Position numbers and translations under genes: made by a program. 41,867 nucleotides of DNA, from positions 1 to 41,867 of the forward strand of contig NEEC01000048.1 of NCBI GenBank assembly GCA_002189035.1, given 5' to 3'. The notes beneath the pieces were generated by a model. It had not been told where the DNA came from. It was given only the letters and a program-made list of their open reading frames with translations, and ran no database searches. This DNA is from Utricularia gibba (lineage: Eukaryota; Plantae; Magnoliophyta). This document shows positions 1-8,800 of the stretch, one piece after another. Each line of letters begins with the position of its first letter. Within the stretch, counting starts at the first letter, position 1.

Positions 1-646
1 TAAGTATAATGCGGATCGAGCGCGTATTTTTTATTAGCATTCGAACGTTAGGTATGCTGCGGATCGAGCGTATATTTTTCACTCTCATATTTTTATTAGC
101 CTTAGATCCTTAGGTATACTTTGGATCGAGTGCATATTCATTTATTTTAAATCTTAATTAGCGTTCCACCGTTAGGAGCAATTTAGAACGTGTATACATT
201 ACAATGCCATGCCACACGGGCGTGGTTTACGCACAACCCACGCCCGTGTGCCCTTGCAATGTAAACACGCTCCACATTGCTCCTAAGGATCGAGCGTTAA
301 CACAAGTTTCAAGTAAACCATCTCCACTCGATCCGAATCATGTCTAAAGACCGAAAGCCAATAAAAATATTAAAATAAAAAATATACGCTCGATCCGCAT
401 CATATCTTAGAATCGAATGCAAATAGAATCGTTCAAATAAAAAATATACACTCGATTGGAATCTTAACCAAGGATCGAATGCTAATTAAAATGATTAAAA
501 TAAAAATGCACACTCCATCCAAAGTATAACTAAGGGTCGAATGCTAATAAAATTAAAAACTAAGAAACTTTCACATGTAGTATATGCTTTAATAACTAAC
601 GTATTTACATTATTTATATTTTAATAAACATATATCACATGATTAT
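1..646. repeat. Partial foldback element (inner left arm, central hairpin and complete right arm), truncated by the window start
   Basis: Same sequence as 2316-2974, ending at ATGATTAT (639-646). Confidence 0.9.
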
Positions 647-869
647 AAAAATATTTTTTTTGTCATTGTAGAAAGCTCATCACGCCACGCACACCACCCT
701 GGAGAGGTTTCAACAGCTGTTATGAACTCACAACCCCTTGCTCAGCAGATTCAGTAAAATTCTCTAACACTTGGGCTTCCAACGGATCATATCCCATATT
801 CATTCATACGAAATTGTGCAAGAATAATGTGACTTTGAGTTTGAACTAGATAGTAGGACGCTGATCGAA

Positions 870-1760
870 GAATGGCCCATCGAGTCTCTAAAATTGGCCG
901 TCCTCGCTCAACAAATGTGGGGTGCACGTGACATCCCAATTTCAACAAATGCATCATGATTTTCGTCGAGTGGGCCCATGAGCCCGTCCGAACCCGGGGC
1001 CCGGGCCAAGGGCCCCTCGAGAGCGCCCGCCTCAATACGAGGAGGTGTTCCTTCAAAAACCATATACGCGTCTCGTCACAACCCAACGTTAATAAATGCA
1101 TCACTTTTTTTGGCGCGCTACTGCTGACTTTGGGCCTGAGTTCGGCACGACCTCCGGCTCGATCAGGGTGCCCCACCGAGAGCTCCTCCTTAAGTATAAA
1201 GTGTGTTGTTGAAAAAAACCGTGTGCGGTTCTCGTGACATCCTAACTTCAACAAATGCATCACGATTTTCGTCGAGTCGGACGGGACCGGGCTCCCGGGG
1301 CCCGGACGAGGCGCAGCGCCCGCTCCCCTCCCCCCCAAAACTAGAAGGTGTTCCATGGAAAACCATTTAGGCGGCTCGTGACAACCCAAAGTTAATAAAT
1401 GCATCACTTTCTTTGCCGGGCTACAATGACTTTACGCTCGAGCCTGGTACGACGTATGGGAAGATTCGAGTGCCCCCCGAGAGCGTCTCCACAAGTATAA
1501 AGCGTGTTGTTGAAAAAACCGTGTTGGGTGCACGTGACATCCTAATTTCAACAAATGTGTCACGATTTTCGCCGAGTGGGACCAGAGTGGGCTCATCAGC
1601 CAGACCGAACCCGGGGCCCAAGCCAAGGGCCCCTCGAGAGCGCCCCCCACAAAACTAGATGGTGTTCCACGAAAAAAAATTAGGCGGCTCGTGATAACCC
1701 AACGCTAAGAAATGCATCCCTTTTTTCGCCGGGCTAAAACTGACTTTGGGCTCATGCCCG
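870..1760. repeat. GC-rich block of diverged ~150-bp satellite-like monomers, alternating A/B (A1 B1 A2 B2 A3 plus partial B3); present in every unit
   Basis: The motif CGTGACA(T/A)CC.AA..T.AA.AAATGCATCA starts at 927, 1074, 1233, 1377, 1533 and 1690 (spacings 147, 159, 144, 156, 157). A-type copies read ...AA(T/C)TTCAACAAATG..CA.GATTTTCG; B-type copies read ...AA.G(T/C)TAA(T/G)AAATGCATC.CTTT. A and B also share GCCC..CGAGAGC and GTGTT...AAAAA motifs. Block edges are approximate. Confidence 0.9.
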
Positions 1761-1772
1761 GCGCGACCCCCA

Positions 1773-1859
1773 GCCCGTGTGCATACGCAGCAGCACCACG
1801 AGGCCACATGGGCTTGGTTAATGCCCGCGTGCTCGAGCAGCAGCCACAAGGCCATACGG
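1773..1859. repeat. Imperfect 50-bp tandem duplication in the linker
   Basis: GCCCGTGTGCATACGCAGCAGCACCACGAGGCCACATGG (from 1773) aligns with GCCCGCGTGCTCGAGCAGCAGC-CACAAGGCCATACGG (from 1823). Confidence 0.75.
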
Positions 1860-1930
1860 CCGTGGAAAAAAAGAAAAACAACCATAAAATACAATAAGCC
1901 AAAAATAAAAATAAAATTGATAAACCCTTG

Positions 1931-2065
1931 GTTCGGTTCGGGCCCAATCAAAACCCGTAGGGTTTAACCCGTTCGGGTTGAACAGAAAGACAACCCCATG
2001 GGTCATGCAAACTGTAATACCCAGAATTTCATCGGGTTGGGTCCGAACCTGAATGGATCCAACCC
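1931..2065. repeat. Cluster of short AACCC/GGGTT palindromes and a stem-loop
   Basis: AAACCC-GTA-GGGTTT (1951-1965); AACCCG-TT-CGGGTT (1966-1979); GGGTTGGGTCC-N10-GGATCCAACCC (2034-2065; 11-bp stem with one G:T pair). Confidence 0.8.
2013..2030 (+). mobile_element. Possible Ty3/gypsy (Tekay/Del-like) LTR terminus remnant
   Basis: TGTAATACCCAGAATTTC resembles the TGTAA(C/T)ACCC start typical of plant Tekay/Del LTRs. I found no matching LTR end, PBS (TGGTATCAGAGC), PPT, TSD or gag/pol. Motif resemblance only. Confidence 0.25.
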
Positions 2066-2173
2066 AGGCCCATCTCTAATCATAATCATATGATATAGGT
2101 TTATTAAATTATAAATAATTGAAATACATTATTTATTAAACCGTAGGATAACTGTGAAAGCTTTGACTTAATT

Positions 2174-2510
2174 ATTACCATTTGATCCTCAGTTGTACTT
2201 TGGATGGAGTGTGTATTTTTACTTTAGTCAATTTAATTAGCATTCGATCCTTGGTTATGATTCAGATCATATTTGCTATTTTTTACTTTAAATATTTTTA
2301 TTATCATTCGATCCTTAAGTATAATGCGGATCGAGCGCGTATTTTTATTTTAATATTTTTTATTAGCATTCGAACGTTAGGTATGCTGCGGATCGAGCGT
2401 ATATTTTTCACTCTCATATTTTTATTAGCCTTAGATCCTTAGGTATACTTTGGATCGAGTGCATATTCATTTATTTTAAATCTTAATTAGCGTTCCACCG
2501 TTAGGAGCAA
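2174..2510 (+). repeat. 62-bp subrepeats of the left foldback arm (five copies plus a partial sixth)
   Basis: ATTAGCATTCGATCC-like starts at 2174, 2236, 2300, 2362, 2424 and 2486. Each has (T)CGATCC-N13-GGATCGA followed by a T-rich tract. Confidence 0.9.
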
Positions 2511-2615
2511 TTTAGAACGTGTATACATTACAATGCCATGCCACACGGGCGTGGTTTACGCACAACCCACGCCCGTGTGCCCTTGCAATGTAAACACGCT
2601 CCACATTGCTCCTAA
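2501..2615. other. Central hairpin of the foldback (115 nt)
   Basis: TTAGGAGCAAT/ATTGCTCCTAA is a perfect 11-bp pair, followed by a 22-bp stem with 5 mismatches, a bulge, then a perfect 13-bp CACACGGGCGTGG (2542-2554)/CCACGCCCGTGTG (2567-2579) pair around a 12-nt loop. Confidence 0.9.
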
Positions 2616-2876
2616 GGATCGAGCGTTAACACAAGTTTCAAGTAAACCATCTCCACTCGATCCGAATCATGTCTAAAGACCGAAAGCCAATAAAAATATT
2701 AAAAAAAAAAATATACGCTCGATCCGCATCATATCTTAGAATCGAATGCAAATAGAATCGTTCAAATAAAAAATATACACTCGATTGGAATCTTAACCAA
2801 GGATCGAATGCTAATTAAAATGATTAAAATAAAAATGCACACTCCATCCAAAGTATAACTAAGGTCGAATGCTAAT
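2605..2876 (-). repeat. 62-bp subrepeats of the right foldback arm (inverted; four copies plus a partial one)
   Basis: GGATCGAATGCTAAT-like ends at about 2629, 2691, 2753, 2815 and 2876, keeping the same 62-bp register as the left arm. Confidence 0.88.
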
Positions 2877-5800
2877 AAAATTAAAAACTAAGAAACTTTC
2901 ACATGTAGTATATGCTTTAATAACTAACGTATTTACATTATTTATATTTTAATAAACATATATCACATGATTATAAAAATATTTTTTTTGTCATTGTAGA
3001 AAGCTCATCACGCCACGCACACCACCCTGGAGAGGTTTCAACAGCTGTTATGAACTCACAACCCCTTGCTCAGCAGATTCAGTAAAATTCTCTAACACTT
3101 GGGCTTCCAACGGATCATATCCCATATTCATTCATACGAAATTGTGCAAGAATAATGTGACTTTGAGTTTGAACTAGATAGTAGGACGCTGATCGAAGAA
3201 TGGCCCATCGAGTCTCTAAAATTGGCCGTCCTCGCTCAACAAATGTGGGGTGCACGTGACATCCCAATTTCAACAAATGCATCATTTTCGTCGAGTGGGC
3301 CCATGAGCCCGTCCGAACCCGGGGCCCGGGCCAAGGGCCCCTCGAGAGCGCCCGCCTCAATACGAGGAGGTGTTCCTTCAAAAACCATATACGCGTCTCG
3401 TCACAACCCAACGTTAATAAATGCATCACTTTTTTTGGCGCGCTACTGCTGACTTTGGGCCTGAGTTCGGCACGACCTCCGGCTCGATCAGGGTGCCCCA
3501 CCGAGAGCTCCTCCTTAAGTATAAAGTGTGTTGTTGAAAAAAACCGTGTGCGGTTCTCGTGACATCCTAACTTCAACAAATGCATCACGATTTTCGTCGA
3601 GTCGGACGGGACCGGGCTCCCGGGGCCCGGACGAGGCGCAGCGCCCGCTCCCCTCCCCCCAAAACTAGAAGGTGTTCCATGGAAAACCATTTAGGCGGCT
3701 CGTGACAACCCAAAGTTAATAAATGCATCACTTTCTTTGCCGGGCTACAATGACTTTACGCTCGAGCCTGGTACGACGTATGGGAAGATTCGAGTGCCCC
3801 CCGAGAGCGTCTCCACAAGTATAAAGCGTGTTGTTGAAAAAACCGTGTTGGGTGCACGTGACATCCTAATTTCAACAAATGTGTCACGATTTTCGCCGAG
3901 TGGGACCAGAGTGGGCTCATCAGCCAGACCGAACCCGGGGCCCAAGCCAAGGGCCCCTCGAGAGCGCCCCCCCACAAAACTAGATGGTGTTCCACGAAAA
4001 AAAATTAGGCGGCTCGTGATAACCCAACGCTAAGAAATGCATCCCTTTTTTCGCCGGGCTAAAACTGACTTTGGGCTCATGCCCGGCGCGACCCCCAGCC
4101 CGTGTGCATACGCAGCAGCACCACGAGGCCACATGGGCTTGGTTAATGCCCGCGTGCTCGAGCAGCAGCCACAAGGCCATACGGCCGTGGAAAAAAAGAA
4201 AAACAACCATAAAATACAATAAGCCAAAAATAAAAAATAAAATTGATAAACCCTTGGTTCGGTTCGGGCCCAATCAAAACCCGTAGGGTTTAACCCGTTC
4301 GGGTTGAACAGAAAGACAACCCCATGGGTCATGCAAACTGTAATACCCAGAATTTCATCGGGTTGGGTCCGAACCTGAATGGATCCAACCCAGGCCCATC
4401 TCTAATCATAATCATATGATATAGGTTTATTAAATTATAAATAATTGAAATACATTATTTATTAAACCGTAGGATAACTGTGAAAGCTTCTTTGACTTAA
4501 TTATTACCATTTGATCCTCAGTTGTACTTTGGATGGGTGTGTATTTTTACTTTAGTCAATTTAATTAGCATTCGATCCTTGGTTATGATTCAGATCATAT
4601 TTGCTATTTTTTTACTTTAAATATTTTTATTATCATTCGATCCTTAAGTATAATGCGGATCGAGCGCGTATTTTTTATTTTAATATTTTTATTAGCATTC
4701 GAACGTTAGGTATGCTGCGGATCGAGCGTATATTTTTCACTCTCATATTTTTATTAGCCTTAGATCCTTAGGTATACTTTGGATCGAGTGCATATTCATT
4801 TATTTTAAATCTTAATTAGCGTTCCACCGTTAGGAGCAATTTAGAACGTGTATACATTACAATGCCATGCCACACGGGCGTGGTTTACGCACAACCCACG
4901 CCCGTGTGCCCTTGCAATGTAAACACGCTCCACATTGCTCCTAAGGATCGAGCGTTAACACAAGTTTCAAGTAAACCATCTCCACTCGATCCGAATCATG
5001 TCTAAAGACCGAAAGCCAATAAAAATATTAAAATAAAAAATATACGCTCGATCCGCATCATATCTTAGAATCGAATGCAAATAGAATCGTTCAAATAAAA
5101 AATATACACTCGATTGGAATCTTAACCAAGGATCGAATGCTAATTAAAATGATTAAAATAAAAATGCACACTCCATCCAAAGTATAACTAAGGGTCGAAT
5201 GCTAATAAAATTAAAAACTAAGAAACTTTCACATGTAGTATATGCTTTAATAACTAACGTATTTACATTATTTATATTTTAATAAACATATATCACATGA
5301 TTATAAAAATATTTTTTTTGTCATTGTAGAAAGCTCATCACGCCACGCACACCACCCTGGAGAGGTTTCAACAGCTGTTATGAACTCACAACCCCTTGCT
5401 CAGCAGATTCAGTAAAATTCTCTAACACTTGGGCTTCCAACGGATCATATCCCATATTCATTCATACGAAATTGTGCAAGAATAATGTGACTTTGAGTTT
5501 GAACTAGATAGTAGGACGCTGATCGAAGAATGGCCCATCGAGTCTCTAAAATTGGCCGTCCTCGCTCAACAAATGTGGGTGCACGTGACATCCCAATTTC
5601 AACAAATGCATCATGATTTTCGTCGAGTGGGCCCATGAGCCCGTCCGAACCCGGGGCCCGGCCAAGGGCCCCTCGAGAGCGCCCGCCTCAATACGAGGAG
5701 GTGTTCCTTCAAAAACCATATACGCGTCTCGTCACAACCCAACGTTAATAAATGCATCACTTTTTTTGGCGCGCTACTGCTGACTTTGGGCCTGAGTTCG

Positions 5801-8800
5801 GCACGACCTCCGGCTCGATCAGGGTGCCCCACCGAGAGCTCCTCCTTAAGTATAAAGTGTGTTGTTGAAAAAAACCGTGTGCGGTTCTCGTGACATCCTA
5901 ACTTCAACAAATGCATCACGATTTTCGTCGAGTCGGACGGGACCGGGCTCCCGGGGCCCGGACGAGGCGCAGCGCCCGCTCCCCTCCCCCCCAAAACTAG
6001 AAGGTGTTCCATGGAAAACCATTTAGGCGGCTCGTGACAACCCAAAGTTAATAAATGCATCACTTTCTTTGCCGGGCTACAATGACTTTACGCTCGAGCC
6101 TGGTACGACGTATGGGAAGATTCGAGTGCCCCCCGAGAGCGTCTCCACAAGTATAAAGCGTGTTGTTGAAAAAACCGTGTTGGGTGCACGTGACATCCTA
6201 ATTTCAACAAATGTGTCACGATTTTCGCCGAGTGGGACCAGAGTGGGCTCATCAGCCAGACCGAACCCGGGGCCCAAGCCAAGGGCCCCCGAGAGCGCCC
6301 CCCCACAAAACTAGATGGTGTTCCACGAAAAAAAATTAGGCGGCTCGTGATAACCCAACGCTAAGAAATGCATCCCTTTTTTCGCCGGGCTAAAACTGAC
6401 TTTGGGCTCATGCCCGGCGCGACCCCCAGCCCGTGTGCATACGCAGCAGCACCACGAGGCCACATGGGCTTGGTTAATGCCCGCGTGCTCGAGCAGCAGC
6501 CACAAGGCCATACGGCCGTGGAAAAAAAGAAAAACAACCATAAAATACAATAAGCCAAAAATAAAAAATAAAATTGATAAACCCTTGGTTCGGTTCGGGC
6601 CCAATCAAAACCCGTAGGGTTTAACCCGTTCGGGTTGAACAGAAAGACAACCCCATGGGTCATGCAAACTGTAATACCCAGAATTTCATCGGGTTGGGTC
6701 CGAACCTGAATGGATCCAACCCAGGCCCATCTCTAATCATAATCATATGATATAGGTTTATTAAATTATAAATAATTGAAATACATTATTTATTAAACCG
6801 TAGGATAACTGTGAAAGCTTCTTTGACTTAATTATTACCATTTGATCCTCAGTTGTACTTTGGATGGAGTGTGTATTTTTACTTTAGTCAATTTAATTAG
6901 CATTCGATCCTTGGTTATGATTCAGATCATATTTGCTATTTTTTTACTTTAAATATTTTTATTATCATTCGATCCTTAAGTATAATGCGGATCGAGCGCG
7001 TATTTTTTATTTTAATATTTTTTATTAGCATTCGAACGTTAGGTATGCTGCGGATCGAGCGTATATTTTTCACTCTCATATTTTTATTAGCCTTAGATCC
7101 TTAGGTATACTTTGGATCGAGTGCATATTCATTATTTTAAATCTTAATTAGCGTTCCACCGTTAGGAGCAATTTAGAACGTGTATACATTACAATGCCAT
7201 GCCACACGGGCGTGGTTTACGCACAACCCACGCCCGTGTGCCCTTGCAATGTAAACACGCTCCACATTGCTCCTAAGGATCGAGCGTTAACACAAGTTTC
7301 AAGTAAACCATCTCCACTCGATCCGAATCATGTCTAAAGACCGAAAGCCAATAAAAATATTAAAATAAAAAATATACGCTCGATCCGCATCATATCTTAG
7401 AATCGAATGCAAATAGAATCGTTCAAATAAAAAATATACACTCGATTGGAATCTTAACCAAGGATCGAATGCTAATTAAAATGATTAAAATAAAAATGCA
7501 CACTCCATCCAAAGTATAACTAAGGGTCGAATGCTAATAAAATTAAAAACTAAGAAACTTTCACATGTAGTATATGCTTTAATAACTAACGTATTTACAT
7601 TATTTATATTTTAATAAACATATATCACATGATTATAAAAATATTTTTTTTGTCATTGTAGAAAGCTCATCACGCCACGCACACCACCCTGGAGAGGTTT
7701 CAACAGCTGTTATGAACTCACAACCCCTTGCTCAGCAGATTCAGTAAAATTCTCTAACACTTGGGCTTCCAACGGATCATATCCCATATTCATTCATACG
7801 AAATTGTGCAAGAATAATGTGACTTTGAGTTTGAACTAGATAGTAGGACGCTGATCGAAGAATGGCCCATCGAGTCTCTAAAATTGGCCGTCCTCGCTCA
7901 ACAAATGTGGGGTGCACGTGACATCCCAATTTCAACAAATGCATCATGATTTTCGTCGAGTGGGCCCATGAGCCCGTCCGAACCCGGGGCCCGGGCCAAG
8001 GGCCCCTCGAGAGCGCCCGCCTCAATACGAGGAGGTGTTCCTTCAAAAACCATATACGCGTCTCGTCACAACCCAACGTTAATAAATGCATCACTTTTTT
8101 TGGCGCGCTACTGCTGACTTTGGGCCTGAGTTCGGCACGACCTCCGGCTCGATCAGGGTGCCCCACCGAGAGCTCCTCCTTAAGTATAAAGTGTGTTGTT
8201 GAAAAAAACCGTGTGCGGTTCTCGTGACATCCTAACTTCAACAAATGCATCACGATTTTCGTCGAGTCGGACGGGACCGGGCTCCCGGGGCCCGGACGAG
8301 GCGCAGCGCCCGCTCCCCTCCCCCCCAAAACTAGAAGGTGTTCCATGGAAAACCATTTAGGCGGCTCGTGACAACCCAAAGTTAATAAATGCATCACTTT
8401 CTTTGCCGGGCTACAATGACTTTACGCTCGAGCCTGGTACGACGTATGGGAAGATTCGAGTGCCCCCCGAGAGCGTCTCCACAAGTATAAAGCGTGTTGT
8501 TGAAAAAACCGTGTTGGGTGCACGTGACATCCTAATTTCAACAAATGTGTCACGATTTTCGCCGAGTGGGACCAGAGTGGGCTCATCAGCCAGACCGAAC
8601 CCGGGGCCCAAGCCAAGGGCCCCTCGAGAGCGCCCCCCACAAAACTAGATGGTGTTCCACGAAAAAAAATTAGGCGGCTCGTGATAACCCAACGCTAAGA
8701 AATGCATCCCTTTTTTCGCCGGGCTAAAACTGACTTTGGGCTCATGCCCGGCGCGACCCCCAGCCCGTGTGCATACGCAGCAGCACCACGAGGCCACATG

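Larger units (their letters stand above)
2082..2974. repeat. ~0.9-kb AT-rich foldback (long inverted repeat with modular arms); possibly a non-autonomous foldback/MULE-like transposon remnant; one per unit
   Basis: The left arm 2082-2554 is the reverse complement of the right arm 2567-2974. In the consensus unit, the outer 84 bp (ATAATCAT...TGTGAAAGCTTCT vs AGAAACTTTCACA...ATGATTAT) align ungapped with 15 mismatches by my count. TACTTTGGATGGAGTGTG/CACACTCCATCCAAAGTA is a perfect inverted pair. No TSD was found, so the inverted repeat is certain but a transposon origin is not. Confidence 0.88.

Noticed and set aside
677-683. Box C motif GTGATGA on the minus strand (possible C/D snoRNA)
   Set aside because: I found no downstream D box (CTGA) at snoRNA distance; the nearby CTGA motifs lie upstream, in the wrong order.
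654-850. Splice-acceptor-like TTTTTTTTGTCATTGTAG followed by a possible exon
   Set aside because: No recognisable peptide follows in any frame, and no upstream exon or donor context is evident.
1921-1928. TAAACCCT as a telomerase RNA template or telomeric repeat
   Set aside because: It is a single partial motif with no USE (RTCCCACATCG)/TATA Pol III promoter and no tandem TTTAGGG run.
2013-2022. CRESS virus or satellite origin, or kinetoplast minicircle (2.3-kb circle)
   Set aside because: I saw no TAATATTAC or TAGTATTAC nonanucleotide in a stem-loop, no Rep ORF, and no GGGGTTGGTGTA universal minicircle sequence.
2034-2081. Helitron 3' end (hairpin, then 10 nt, then CTAA|T)
   Set aside because: The hairpin is longer than typical, the terminus is not CTAG, no 5' TC boundary can be defined, and the pattern is easily matched by chance.
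2174-2510. CRISPR-like repeat-spacer pattern (about 62-bp period with palindromic repeats)
   Set aside because: The intervening segments are homologous to each other rather than unique, the repeats are degenerate and mirrored, and no cas genes are present.
2152-2905. TGTGAAAG...CTTTCACA as TG..CA termini of a solo LTR
   Set aside because: Inverted homology continues about 70 bp beyond these motifs on both sides, and the flanks (ATAAC vs TGTAG) are not a TSD.
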